Source: the human T2T-CHM13v2.0 reference genome, Homo sapiens
Direction: 5' to 3' (one strand)
NCBI RefSeq assembly: GCF_009914755.1
Contig: NC_060925.1
DNA: 64,000 bases
Both the position numbers and the translations under genes were made by a program. The stretch's first letter is position 1. Every line of letters starts with the position of its first letter. Positions 1-16,350 of the stretch are shown here, piece by piece. Under the pieces are notes generated by a model. The model did no database searches and had not been told where the DNA came from. It was given only the letters and a program-made list of their open reading frames with translations.

Positions 1-162
1 AGGAGCGTGCCACCAACACCCAGCTAATTGTTTTGCGTTTTTGTGGAGATGGGGTTTTGCCATGTGACCCAGCCTGGTTTTGAACTCTTGGGCTCAAAGC
101 GATCCTCCTGCCTCAGCCTCCCAAAGTGCTGGGATTACAGGCATGCGCCACCACGCCCGGCC
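1..162 (-). mobile_element. Alu, left portion (cut by window edge)
   Basis: cctcccaaagtgctgggattacaggcatgcgccaccacgcccggcc is the reverse complement of the Alu 5' end. Confidence 0.93.
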
Positions 163-1763
163 GAGAGATGTAGATTTAGAGGTCCTAGTTTAGCGAGTCA
201 GGGCTTGAAGGCTTGAGCACAGAGCCATTTGAGGAAAACCTGGATGGAAAGGGAGAGGGCTCAGAGCCTTTGGGAACACCAGTGTTTTAAAGAACAACCA
301 GAGGTTGGGGGAGAAGGTTGAGTCAGGTAGCAGAAAGACCAAGTGCCACATCCAGCCTGCTTTTCCCTTTACTAGCTGATTCTGCCAAACCTGACTGCCT
401 GCTGACCCTGGTGAGCATGCCTCAGCCACTGGGGGGCTTTCCTGCAGTTTCCCCTTGTCCTCTCCCCTCGCCTGGTGTGCTGAGGGCGTCTTCACTGGCT
501 GCAGGCTCCTGGGCTTTGTTCCCTTGCTGGCATCAAGGATTGGAAAGCCTCTTTCTCCCCCATCTTCTGACGTTGGTCAAGGCTCACCATTCCACCTCTG
601 CCAAGGAGCTCCAGGCGCTCTGAGCTGTCTGCTTTCTGGCTTCCCACTGAGAGTGCAAGAGCTCACCTGAGGACTGTCCTGTGCCTCTTCTCTTGGGCTG
701 TGCTGCAGGAACCCAGGCTTGTAGCTCATTCCTTATCCCAGCAGAATGCCCAGAGTGGTTCCTCCATCGCCTTTCTGGAAACAGGATGCATCTCTGGCCT
801 GGCCACACACTGAAGATTCACAGGCTAGCTCCTTCATCAGGAAAGAAGTTCATCTTCATTGCTCTCGAGGAAAGGAAGAAATTGCAGAGTGGTGAAGATG
901 TATTTTGTCTTTACTCAGTGACCACAAGCACACAGGGGCCAAATAGATAACACCATGTTCCTCTCAGTTTCTGCCTGGAATCCTCGACTTGAACGGTAGC
1001 ATTCACTTGAAACCAAGCCCCGACCATTGAAGGGAGAGTCATTTGGCAAAGTTCCTGCTGAAACTGCCATCCACTTATGTCTAAGTGGCATTCTGGCTCC
1101 AGCCATCCTTCCAGATTTCCCCGATATCTGAGCCCTCACTGCTGCCACCAGAGCCGCCCTGCTTCTTGGCCCTGCCTGGGTTTGAAGACAGCTCCTCAGC
1201 TGGGCTGCATGTCTAAGGAGGTCTTGAAGGCTCGATGCCACAGCAGTCCCTGTCTCTGGCAACAAGTAGCCTTGGCTTTTGCTGTCTTGCCCAAATCACT
1301 CTGAGCTTTCTTCAGTGGTGTGAGCATCTTGAAGAATGAATGTTGAGGTCTGCCTATCCCCCAGGGTAGCAGGTGAGATGGGGCCGGTGCATGTCTATTC
1401 CAGTTCACTGTTGCAGAACTGAGAAATGTGCGGGGACTTTCTCCTCTGTGTTCGCTGCGTTTTCAGCAGCCAGTGCTGGGCACTTAGCCTTCTTGCATAG
1501 GTGCGGAAAGCTAACCGGAGTTCCTGTTCCTTCCTCCGTGCTGGTCCCCGCAGGGCTTGTGGTGGAGGACCCTGTGGCCATCTCACCAACTACACCGAAA
1601 CGCATCTGACTTCTGACGCCACGCCCGTGTGCGGTGCAGCCTCCCTGCTGGGCCCAGGCCTGGCCGCTTGGAGATGGTGCCCTCATCGTCCTGGGCCTTC
1701 CAGGCTGCAGAGGGTGCGGGGAGCACTGAGGAACTGCATAGATGGCTGTGGGAGGTGGTGGCT

Positions 1764-2390
1764 TTTAAAAAATTGTGGTAAAATACATATAACATAAAAA
1801 TATATGTTAGCCATTTTAAAATGTACAACTCAATGGCACTAGGTATAATACATTCACAGTGTTACGTGACCATCACCACTGCCTAGTTTCACAACTCTGT
1901 CTCCCCAAATGGAAAACCATACCCATTAGGCAGTCACTCCAGACCCACTACCCCCAGCCCAGTCCCTGGCAGCCACGAATCTGCTTTCTGCCTCTGAATT
2001 TTTCTATTCTGGATTCTTTATATAAATGGAACCATAGAATATGAGGTCTTATGACAGTTTTGAAGTTCACTGTGTTGTAGTGTGTGCGAGAGTTTCTTTT
2101 GATGGCCGGATAAAATCCCATTGTATGGGTAGACCGCATTTTCTTTCTCCATTCTTCTGTTGATGGACATTTGGATTGTTTCCACCTTTGGGCTGTGATA
2201 AATAATGCTGCTGTGGACATTTGTGTACATGGTTTTGGGTGGACATGTTTTCAGTTCTTTAGGGCATATACCTGGGAGTGGGATTGCTGGGTCATATGGT
2301 GACTCTGTTCAACTTGGTGGGGAACGGTCAGACTGTTTCTCCCAGTGGCTGCACCGCTTTACACTCTCAATAGCAGTGTATGAGGGGAGG
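1764..2390 (-). mobile_element. Old L1 (L1MB/ME-like) 3' fragment
   Basis: Typical L1M 3' region: aattgtggtaaaatacatataac...ggacatttggattgtttccacc...gggattgctgggtcatatgg. The minus-strand ORF resembles the L1 ORF2 C-terminus (AALFITAQRWKQSKCPS). Confidence 0.85.
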
Positions 2391-4900
2391 TGGTGACTTT
2401 GGAAGCTGAGAGTGCCAGCCCCTCTCTAGCATAAACCAGAATTACCTGGAGTGACCCTCAGTGGAGGGTTGCTGGGACCAGTGGCATAAGGAGTGAGCAG
2501 GGAGGGCACGTGGGGCCTGGGGAAGTCAGGTGGCATTCACAAGTGCAGCTGGGTAGGCCAGGGTCTGGTCCTCAGGGGTGGCTGAGCCCTCTCCAGTTTT
2601 TTGGGAGCATGTGGTGGGAAGCCAGGGGACTAGGGTGGTGAAAGGCTGCATGGGAGCTTGGGAGGGCTGTTCCAGGTGGTGCCTGTGGTGCAAGGTGTTT
2701 GACCCTAGGGCTGGGATAATGGCAGAGTGTGGGCTCGCCCAGGGAAGACAGGTTACGAGTCCAAAGGAAGAGGTGGGTCCAAGCCCAGCCCACAGATTAG
2801 GCTGATATGTGATGGCGCTGGGGGTGCTTCACTGGGCTCCAGTATGGAGGTACCTCGTCTTAACTCCAAGCAATGCCCCTCTCCTGAGGCCAAGGCAACT
2901 GTGATTGATTCTTACCTGGGGGTTAGGTTCTGAATCAAGCACACATGGTCAAAACTACCCTCGAAAATCTCTGGCCAGGACCCAGTCCCTTGGAAGCTCA
3001 AGAGCCAAGATTTGGCTGCTTTTATTTGCTCCCAGTGGTAGCTTCTCTCTCTTCAGGGCAGAAAAGGCCAAGGTCTGGTTTGGGTGGGGAAGAGCGATGG
3101 GGGAATAGAAATTGGGATGAGGGGTACAGACAGATGGAATGGGATATGTGTGAGTTGAATGCATGTGGGTTGTGAGTCCCCAGGCTCTCTTGGCTGCTGG
3201 CTAATGGCTTAGGACCTAGGGTAGGATAGGGGTCTGAGAGGACCAGAAAGGCTGACGTTAAAGCCTCTGGGGTGCTGGGCAGGTGCTGCAGGGCTATCCT
3301 CCCACCCCTTGCTGGAAAGACCTGGAGCCAGGCCACCATGAGCCCACAGCAGCCCCAATCAGCACAAGTAGTGTCGGCTGGGCACTTGTCGCTGTGCCCA
3401 AGCTCTGGGAGCCCCGCCTGCATCTGGCAGAGGCTTCCTTTGGGGCATGTGGGCCAAGTCAGTGCCATCTTATAAGCAGCATTAGGGTTTAGCAGTGCTA
3501 CCATCTCCTGGTGACGCTTCTACAGTCACTGCCTCCTGGAAGCATCTGCTCATCAGGGAGCATATTCCCAGTTGACAGATTGAGCTTTAGAAAAGGAGTG
3601 GCTTTAAGTTCCATGATTAGGAAGAGCCAGAACTAGAACACACATCTGAGGCTTCTGGCTCTAGATTCAGCATTCTTTTTGTTGTGTTGCACTTCTTGCA
3701 GAAGCCGTCTGATATTGGTGCTAATCTTTTCCCACCCTCTCTTTGTTAGAGCAGATGATGGTCTTGGGGTCATAAGTTGCCAAGAACCTGGAGGAGGAGG
3801 AGGAGGGTGACACCTGATTCTTATGTAGGGTGCTTTCTCCTCCCCAGGCTCTGGTCACATATGAAATGGATCTATTTTACCCAGCTCTGTCAAGGCCATC
3901 TTGACCTCTGGCTCTGCCCCATCTGTCCCTGCCCTTTACTGGGCAGCAGCCTCCCCAAGAGACAAGCCCTCACCTGGAGTTGGCAGAAATCTTTGAGTGG
4001 AGCCTCAATTCTGATGAGACACAATTAGCATCCTCTGCTCTGGCCCTGGCTTTCAGCAAATGGTAAACTCTACTTGAGGGCATAATTCAATTATGAAAAT
4101 CTATTTCTCTTACACATTCAAAAAATCTCCTCATGTGCCTTTGTGCACACACAAATTTAGTGAGACATCACCAAATGTGTATGTGGTTGCCATGGAAATG
4201 TCTTCTAACGTGGCATTCCAAGAGCAAAGAGAAGGGAAGTTTTCTTTGAAAAGAAAAGCAGAGCAGAACTTGGCTAATAGTCATCACACTAATCCCCAAA
4301 CTGTCATTCTTCCCTGACTACCTGTCTTCTACTTCCTGTCAGCAACTGAACAGGGGAAGGCAAATCAGTGTGCAGGACTGGGTCTCTCACATTTCCTTAG
4401 GAATTTCACAAGCATTGTTCTTAACACTTATGTCAAGCACGTACCAGGAAGGACACCAGGTCTTCTTGATTTGAGTTTGCACCTAGAAGCTTAGAAGGTA
4501 CCTTCCTGGACTGTCTAGCACTTGCCACGCATGAGTACTCAGAAGAACTCCTGGCACCATTTCTCTGTGGCAAGTGCAGGCTGAATAGGGCTTCTGAAGA
4601 GGCTTTGTGTTTCCCACCAGAGCTTTTGTCTTTGTGACAAGGGCATGATGTGACAGCATATAGAGCATGCCAATACGAAGTCACTTTTTGAGTGTCGGAA
4701 ATCCCAAATGTTTCTTAGTGGTGGTGTGAGTCCACAGTGTGGGACCTAAGGCTGGTTGGATGCCTCTGGTCTTCCCGGCTCAGGCTCAGGTTGATCCTCA
4801 CCCTCACTCTTGTTTTCACTTGTCCTCTTGACTTTCTTAACTGAGCCTTTCTGTGGGCAATGAGGTCCTCATATTTCTGGACTTTACCAGCAGTCTCTGA

Positions 4901-5278
<378 letters not shown>

Positions 5279-8157
5279 TGGCCTTGTTGCTTTTAGTATT
5301 GAAAACTCTAGGATGCTCCATCTTGTCTGTGGTTGTACTGGCTCCCGAGAAGACCTTTAGCCACTGGCCTGGCTGAGTTGCCAAAGTTGGGGGAGGGGGC
5401 AGTGCACAGACCCAGTTTCTGACACTCAAAGCAGGGGCTATAAATTCTGTACACTCCCATGTCCACAGCTCTGCACCACTGACTGGGGCGTGTGGGTCTC
5501 CACTTACTGTGGGTCAAGCAGCAGGTCATTTCTGCCAAAAGACAATGTCCTTCTTGCTTTTATAAATCAGGTCCTTAACATTGTTTCTTACCCAGTGTTT
5601 ATTTCTCTGGCTCTAAAGGGATTAATCGAGGCATCTGGCTCATGGCTGGGCTGTGACCTTAATGAATGTGTGTAAATTTGACCAAGAGCTGAGGAAATCG
5701 TACCAGCAACTCCGTAGGGGTTCAGAGCCTTTTATTACCAAATACAGTGTCCAGTGTTTGCTCTTCTGAGGCTGCTGCAGGTGGCCACTGCTCCAGTCTA
5801 CTTCCACGTAACTCTTGCTTCTGAGGTTGTTCTGAGGTTATTTGGGGTCCTGTTTGGGGAGCTCACGACCCCCCGCAGAGAGAGCAGGTCCAGGTATGGC
5901 CTGCTTGACTCTGTGGCCTCTCCATGGCCTAACCAAATCTCTCCAGCAAGGGACAGGGCTTTTAACAATAGTAAATTCTCTTTGGGATAATAGAGAACTT
6001 GCTTTGACATAGTGTGTTCTCATTCTTTCTTTCTGCTGTTTTAGACACCGATAAATCTACCAAACTTGGATGTATAAATGGCTATTAGGAGAGCTGGCTG
6101 CCCACTTTCACTCTTGGCTTGTGCAAGTAAATATCAATTTAGTCCTTACAGAAGGAGAATAAAGGAGACTTGGTTGTCTCCCTAATCCACAAACCCTGTA
6201 ATTCTCACCTGGAAAATCTAGCTCTCCTATTTCAAATCAGTTTTAATAGCAAAGGCTAAAGGGAGGCTTTATTGCTCTTATCCAGGCTTATTTTTAAACT
6301 TTTTTTTTTACTTATTCATTCAGTAAGTAAGAACTCCTCCAAGGAGACCTGGAGGGGGTTGGCTTAGGAGAAGGGGAGAAGGTGAGTAAGTGGAAGCTTG
6401 GTAGGAGAGATTGCCACTGGGTGAACACTCACAATAGGGGCCGCTCACCAACTGAACAGGTGTTCTGGAAATCAGCAGATCCTGAGGACCCGGGACGGCT
6501 ACTGCAATTCTAGAGCACCAGTGGGGAATCCTCTGCCACACTTTCTTCTGTCCCAGAGGAGAAGCGGGCAGACTGGCCCTGGTTGGAGACTCCTGACAGT
6601 GACCAGCCTCAGCTGGCCAGAAAGACAGACTTCCCTGAGTGACAGGCAGGAAGGCCCTGGTTGGTCCCGGCCTGCACTGGCCTTGCACGGCTCTTCAGCT
6701 GGCCTGTAAGCCTCTCCTGAGCTCACTGCCTTGTTGCTGGCGCCTGGGCTGCTCATTGCCCTGCAAGTGGTATGAGTGGGATGGACTCCTGTTTCCATTC
6801 TGCCCTGGTCATGTGTGACAGGCAGGAAGGAAGGGGCAGCCCAGCACTGTGGACCAAGTCTCCTCAAAGAAGTATCCAGCCTTTCCCTTGTTGGAGGGGC
6901 CGTGACCCAAGATGAAAATCCTTTTCTTAGAGGAAAATGCTGTCTGCAGGGAGAGACCAGTGCTGCCTTCCTCTGCCCTTGCACGGAGCAGGAGCTCAGA
7001 ATTAACATGCTTATTCTGTAACCACACGCGGGTCTTTCTGGCCTGTTCAAAGGTGTTATAATCCCCACCCTGGCTATGACCTGAGGTTAAATGTCAGAAA
7101 GAAAATAAGATGTTCCCCATGGGAAAAATCTATGCATTGGGGGTTATATCAGGCTGATTTCAGGTGTTTCCTCAGACTGATAGGTTGTAAGGTTTAGAAA
7201 AGCAACTAAGTCCTGTTCCATGTAGGGTGTTAGCAACATGTTCCCACGTGACTATAATGGGTGCTTGTGAATGAGGAGAGAAGACCCTGCTGCCTGCCTG
7301 CCTGCCGGGGCCAGAGACTGGCCTGAGCAGGGATGGTGGAGTAGTTTGGGAACCCAAACTCTCCTGCTGCCCAGCAATGGCCACTCAAAGCCAAGTGCTT
7401 GATCTTTCTGATTGGCCTCTTCATAGCAGCTCTTGACTCCTAAAAGTCTGACCCCAAGGCCTCCAGGCACTTCCTGAGGACATGTGTGGACACTCTTGTC
7501 CTGGGGTCTAAGCTGAGGAGCCTTCCTGCTGCCGCATGTCAGGCCCTGAAGGCCTGTGTAGCTCCTGGAAGAGGCCTCCCTGACCAGAGGTCCAGGAAGC
7601 AGGAGGGACTCCTGTGCAGGACAGCTGCTGCCTTCTTGGTTGCTGTTGGGAAACAAATGGCTTCTCCAAGTAACGCTGGAACTCTTGTAAGGATCACTCA
7701 CTGCCAAGGAGTCTGCTCAGTGTGGCAGTGGCGCTCTCCCGGGAAGTGAGACTCTGCAAATGTGTTCTCAAGTTCTGTTCCAGCTGGCACCAGCCCTTCC
7801 CACCCCACAGGCTGGAGGCCCCCAGCACCCGCTCAGGCATGGGGCCGAGTTGCTGGCAGCCCTTGGTGCATGGCTGGTTAGCAAAGACCAGAGCCTGCTG
7901 CCTACCTGAAGCCGTGTCATCTTTTCCCCTGCCTTGGTGGGTCTTGGCACTGGCATGAAGTTGCTTCCTCCTGAAGCAGAGCGTGGGTGCCCTCCCACCG
8001 ACATGCAGGATCAGTGGTGGGCCCGGAGCAAAATTACTCAACCTCTGCCTCAATGTCCTTTTCTGCACAATGGGTGACAGTGGGATCACCCTCGGGGTTG
8101 CAGTGCTCAGCAGGGTGCCTGGCCCGTAGGAGGTGTTTAATCAATGTCGGCTTTATT

Positions 8158-8720
8158 GTGATCACAGCTCACTGTAGCCTCAACCTCCCAGGCTCAAGCG
8201 ATCCTCCCACCTCAGCCTTCAAAGTAGCTGGGACTGCAGGCATGCACCGCCATGCCTGGCTAATTTTTTGGTATTTTTTGTAGAAATGAGGTCTCGCCAT
8301 GTTGCCCAGGCTGGTCTTGAACTCCTGGCCTCTGGAGTTCAAGAGATCTGCCCATCTTGACCTCCCAAAGTGCTGGGATTATCAGTATGAGCCACCACAT
8401 CCAGCCTGTTTTTTTGTTTTGTTTTGTTTTTGTTTTTTGAAACAAGGTCTCACTGTTTCCCAGGCTGCAGTGCAGTGGCACAATCTAAGCTCGCTGCGGT
8501 CTTGACCTCCTGGGCTCAAATCCATCCTCCCACCTCAGCTTCTCAAGTATTTAGGACTACAGGCACATGCCACCATGCCAGGCTAATTTATTAATTTTTT
8601 GTAGAGGTGGGGTTTCACTAAGTTGCCCAGGCTGGTTTCAAACTTCTGGGCTCAAGTGATCCTTCTGCCTCAGCCACCCAGAGTGCTGGGATTACAGGTG
8701 TGAGCCACCATGCACAGCTG
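8158..8720 (-). mobile_element. Two tandem AluJ-like elements (8158-8406 partial; 8408-8720)
   Basis: Two consecutive antisense Alu bodies; the second has a (TTTTG)n tail. Confidence 0.88.
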
Positions 8721-9182
8721 TACCTCCTCTGTTGAAACCCCCAACCATTTCCCAATACTGCTGGTCCCTTATTAGGGGCCTTTATGGTAAACCATCTTTT
8801 TGTGTTGTGTTGTGACTACTCGTGTGGCCCTAAGCCAAATTAGGTGTCTTGTCATCCCACCCTGGAGGAGGACCTCTGGCTTCTCAAGTGGGGTGCTCCA
8901 CGGATTCCCTGATTTTTCTGAATGTTCTCGGACCTAGTAGGTATCAGTGTCCAGGGCCAAGGGGTCACATCACAGAGGCCGTTGGTCTTAAGAGCTGCTT
9001 TCCCCAGAACGAGGCTGCTGTGGTTTGGCCTTGGCTCCCCACAAGTCTGGCTTCTGCAGGAAGTTTGCTGAGTAGCCCAGCTCTTCCCTAGAGGGCAGGG
9101 GATCAGGCATGTTTGGGAGGGCAGAGCAGGGCCAGGTCGGGGCGGGGAGCAGCACGCTTCAAAACTTGCCATCCATCTTCTC

Positions 9183-9392
9183 CAGTTCTCAACTGGGCTA
9201 GTTTTGCTCCCCCAGGGGAGTCAAAGGTCAGTTTTTCGAGACGTTTTTGGCTGCCACACTGGGGATGCTATGGGCATCTCGTGGATAGGGGCCAGGGAAG
9301 CTGATAACCAAAGGATAGCATCCAGGACAGACCCCACAGCAAATAATTATCTGGCCCAACATGTCAGCAGTGCCGGGACTGGGAAACCCTGA
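9183..9392. mobile_element. MER20 (hAT-Charlie DNA transposon fossil)
   Basis: cagttctcaactgggctagttttgctcccccagggga...ttatctggcccaacatgtcagcagtgcc...gaaaccctg matches MER20 termini and body. Confidence 0.8.
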
Positions 9393-9835
9393 TCTATTCC
9401 TGGTTGCACATTGAGACAAGTTTTGGAACTCCCAGGGTTATAGAAGGAGTATCACCTATATGGGTCAGCCTGGGCCCTTCATCCCTTCATCCCCCAACCC
9501 GAGTCACTTATCCTTGCTGATGTGCTGTGTAATTATGGACAAATTCCTTCCCCTCACCAGAGCCTTGGCTTTCATTTCTTAGACACAGCGGTCCTGGGGT
9601 TGCCTTCCAGATGAAGATCTATCAAAGATTTGAAGTCTTGTGTATGTGGTCCTAGAGGACCCCAGGCTGTTATACCGATCCATGAGGCATCTGACCCCTT
9701 CCAAAGGGTAAGGCTTTACAAAAGGAAAGCAGTTTTGACTTTGAGCTGCTGAGTGAGATCCAGGCCCCTAGTTGAGGAAACTGTCTCACGCCAAGTGGGT
9801 GCTCACCCCCAAGCCTGCCAGGTCCCAGGACTTAG

Positions 9836-10285
<450 letters not shown>

Positions 10286-11436
10286 TAGGCTGTAAATTTT
10301 CCATGGTTCCAAAGTGCTGTAGAGTTCACTGGAACACATGCTGTCCTCTGATAATTGAAGTGGCTTAAAACAAAACAAGTCTTTATTGGTTTGAAACAAA
10401 CCATCATGTGTGCTTGTGCTTTTTTAAAACAAAAGCAAAGCTGACACCATATCTCCAATTGAGAGCTTCAGCCTCCTTCACCCCCAGAGATCCGGACTAA
10501 GTAAGGAATTTATTTACCGTGTGATCTTGGGAAAGTCCTTTCAACTTCTCCAGGTCTGAGTTTCAACTACAAAATGTGGGGATAAAACTCGATCTCCAAG
10601 CTCCCTTGCTGCAGCCTCTCACTCAGCTCCTGGAGTCCGTGGATCTCAGGGAGGGAACCTGCTGTCCAACACTGCTCTTCCAGGGTTAAAGTTCCCCTTC
10701 TGCAAGGTGAGGGCGAGCTGAAGAAATGAGCCCCTCTTGCCTCTGTGATTGTGATTCTCAGATGCTCTCAAAATACCAAATAACTAGTTTAGTTACAGGG
10801 AACTGGTGGACACTTGTAGTTTAAATCTCTTTCCTTGGCTTCAAGGGAGTGAGCTGAGTTTGACAAGCACAAATGGAAAACTGTTCTCAGGTTCTTTCCT
10901 CTGGCCCTTGGGGATAGTGGATGACTGATGTCTGGGGCAGAGTCTAGCTTTTTAGAAGGCAGACTCTTCCTCCGACATCCTCTCCAACTCCTGCTTTCTC
11001 TCCTTGTGTCTCTTATCGGCCTCTAATTAGGGGTACTGACTTGCAAGTCTATTGGATGAAATTCTTCATTTTTTCCTCCGGAAAAAGATGCCAGTTTTTC
11101 CTCAGGGACTTGTTCTGGGGGTTAATAGGAGAGTTAATAGGAGAGTGAATAGGAGAAATTCACTTTTGCCCCCAAACCTCCATTTCTCTTGTTGCAGTTT
11201 GATTTAAAGAAGAAAAGTCTTGTCCTTGAGGCTGACAGTGTGGAATAACTCCCCCAGGGCTGTGGGTCGGGGAGAGAGTGCAGGCCCTGGACTGGGGGTG
11301 CTCAGGAGCTGTGAGTGAGGGAGTGAGTATAGGCCCTGGATTCAGGGTGCTCAGGAGCTGCCTCCTCTTTTTGGGAGGGCCCCAAATGGACTAGCAGTCC
11401 AAAGCTGATGTATGTCTTAGGTTGGGATTATCAGTC

Positions 11437-11751
<315 letters not shown>

Positions 11752-12040
11752 TAAAGACGTCGTTTCATAATAAGGCTACGGAGACATTTGGCGCCTGCAC
11801 TGGGCGGCTGAGTTGCCTGCTTTGATAGTGCTTTGCCCAAGTGTTCACTGAAATACTTTCTTCAATGTTACAGGGTCAGCTTCATGTTTGGATAAATAAG
11901 CCTGAGTGTTGAATTCCTTCCGGGGTCTCTACCTTCTGTGGTTAATCTTCTGTGTGTGTCTTTCTGCTGTATGTCAGGCTGTGCTTAAGCCTGCTTAATT
12001 GCAGTGGTTCACTTGAAAGTGCTGTTAGAAGTAAAATTAA

Positions 12041-12465
<425 letters not shown>

Positions 12466-13684
12466 CCAACCTTGGGTCTTAACCAAGCAGGGGAAAGGTC
12501 TCCTGCCTGGGGCCCTCAGCCTTCTAAGGAGAGCCTGCCACAGCCATGCTTACCATTACCCAGGGCACAGTTCTGGGTCCTGAAAACCCTTTTCTAGGAG
12601 TAAAGGAGCTTTCAGACTGAGCAGACTGCCCTTCCCCACGCCTTTCTCAGTGCCTCTTCCCCAGAGGCTGGGGAGAAGGAAGGGCAAGGGTTATCAGGCC
12701 AGCCTGGCCAGGATGCAGCTGGGTGGTGGTGCTTGATGTAGGGGGAAAGCCATGAAGCGTGGCCCTGAGGCTTGAAGTGGTGGTGCCTTCCTCTTGCAGC
12801 CGGAGGTGCCTACCTTCTAGTGAATCATCCGCACACAGAAGCAATTTATGCTCCTCATTATTCTTTAGCAAGAAATAATTTCCTACCCATTTGTCACTTT
12901 AAGACTAAGGGCTTCACACTCCCTGTGCTGAGAATATAGTAGCTTGTTGTACTTCAGTTCTATTTATGTCCCATTTGGGGGTTTGGGGGCTGCCCTTTGA
13001 CAAACACACAAAAAGGAGATTGATACAGCCGGAGCCATAGACAAACAAGATGACAGGCCCTGGGAACATGGGAACCTTTTGTCATGCCCTGTTACCCATG
13101 GGGGCTTTGGCCTCAGTAAGTTATTACTGGCTACCAGCGCCTTGTATATATCATCCTCACTAGAATGAAAACACCCATGTAACTCTTAGTGAGTTGCTTG
13201 CTCTGCATTGAGGCCCCAGGGATATGAACCCCAGGCTGAGCCTGTGTGTGGATGGAAGGAAGTGGATGGACACACACACAGCGTGACCCACCAGCCGGAC
13301 CACTGCTCACTTTCAGGGCTCACCAACCTCAGCATTTCCAGCCAAGGCCCTGTGGTGCTCTACACCATCTCCTTGCCTGCTGCCCTGCCCCCTGGCCTTG
13401 ACCTGTCTGAAGATGAGACCACCTTTCCTGCTCTCTGGGAGCCCCTGGTCCTGTGCAGGGTGGCCTAGTAGATATTAGAAATTCAAAATCAAAACTCAGT
13501 GACTGCTGCAGAGGGTGGGCCTTTCCCATAAACTGTTCACCTTCACAGTGGTGAGCAAGCTGAGGCTCAGAGGTGTTAAACAGCGTGCCCAGAGTTACAC
13601 AGCTTGAAAGTGGCAGTGTCAGGTTGTGAACCTGGAGCCAGGCTATGAATCTAGAGTGAAGCCCTTGGTTATCCCAAACCATAG

Positions 13685-14095
<411 letters not shown>

Positions 14096-15460
14096 CCAAA
14101 CTCACCTCTTAATATTCTGTCTCTTCTCTGAAGTTCCTCCCAGCTGCTCAGCCGATTGCCACTTATAGATACTTCCCCAGACGCCCCCAGCCCGTGCAGT
14201 TCCATCAAACTTTACACACACACACAATCTGAGCGGGGTTGTCCTGCTTGCTTATGTTGCCTGCAGTCTGCATTTTTCAGTCCTGGCCAGCAGCAGCATC
14301 AGTGGCCCTGGCCCTGCCAGACACCCCTGCGTCGTGCCTGAGCCTGCTGCCCAGAGGGGATGCACTGGGAAGAGCAGGAGGCTGTTGCAAGGCTGAGGAA
14401 GGACTGGAGCTGCGAAGGCACCCGCCTGCCTCGGATGTTCCCTGATCTAAGCCCAGCTGTACCCAGCTGGGACTTGGATGTGACTCGGGTTGGGGATTGG
14501 TTTGTCCTGTTGCTGAGCCAGCATCCTGGGAAGCCTTCAGAGTCAAGGCTGTTTGGTTCTAGGTGGCTTGTCTCCAGGGTTATCTCCCCACACTCCCTGG
14601 GGCTTACAGTTCTATTTCTGTAGCAGCCTTGGCTCTGCCCCCGACCCTTACGTCAGACCTAGAAATACGTCTCACCTGGATGACCTCCAGGGAGCTGCTG
14701 CTTTGGTCCTCAGACTGCAGTTTCCTACATTACATACTTCCTTATGTAAAAAGCACAGTGCTGGCTACCTCTTTCTCAAGCTCTTCCCTCCAGGAACTGA
14801 GCAGGCCTGGGATGTGGCCAGAACATGACTTTTAGAATCCCTAAACCTGGGGGAGATTATGGAGCCTAAAATATAATTCAAAAGAAATCTTTCTTTTTTA
14901 GTGATAAAAGTTACATGTTGTACAAACATTGATGTAGCTTCTTTCTAGCATTTCTAATTGTGCAGTCCCAGGTGAGTCCATTGAAGCAGAATCTCCTGGA
15001 CTCCAGCTTTGCCAGTGCCCAAAGCAAGGCTTGGTCTGCCTGTAGGATGCACTCAGGGATGACTCCTGAGAGCCAGTTGTTAAATTTTCAGAAATGTTGT
15101 GTGCCAATGGTTAATAATAGCCATTCTTTAAAAACAAATTATATAAAATTATAGTTAAATAAATTAAAAACAAGGGTAGCCAATACTCAAAACTCATCCC
15201 TTCCTGATTGTTTTACTGTATTATTTATCTATTTCACCTGTTGTATCTATGTATAATGATATGTCGCAGCCCACACCAAATCCATGTTCAGTGACATCAT
15301 GTTGGTAGCTCTAAATCAGCCCTGGTGGGAATATTTCTGTTTGCCACAGAAATTGGCAAACACTATAAACTTGGGTTTGATTTATTGTTTTGATAATTGC
15401 CTAGACTTAGGAAAGTGATAGAGAGAATGCTAATCAGATTAAACTTAAGTGTTTATATAT

Positions 15461-16350
<890 letters not shown>

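Noticed and set aside
190-1750. Repeat-free, GC-rich stretch with overlapping ORFs; considered as a processed pseudogene or antisense lncRNA exon
   Set aside because: No recognisable protein similarity, poly-A tail or TSD. A non-coding transcript cannot be established from sequence; annotation or RNA-seq would be needed.
6320-7068. 189-aa and 122-aa minus-strand ORFs in unique DNA
   Set aside because: No domain resemblance, composition typical of random GC-rich ORFs, no supporting gene structure.
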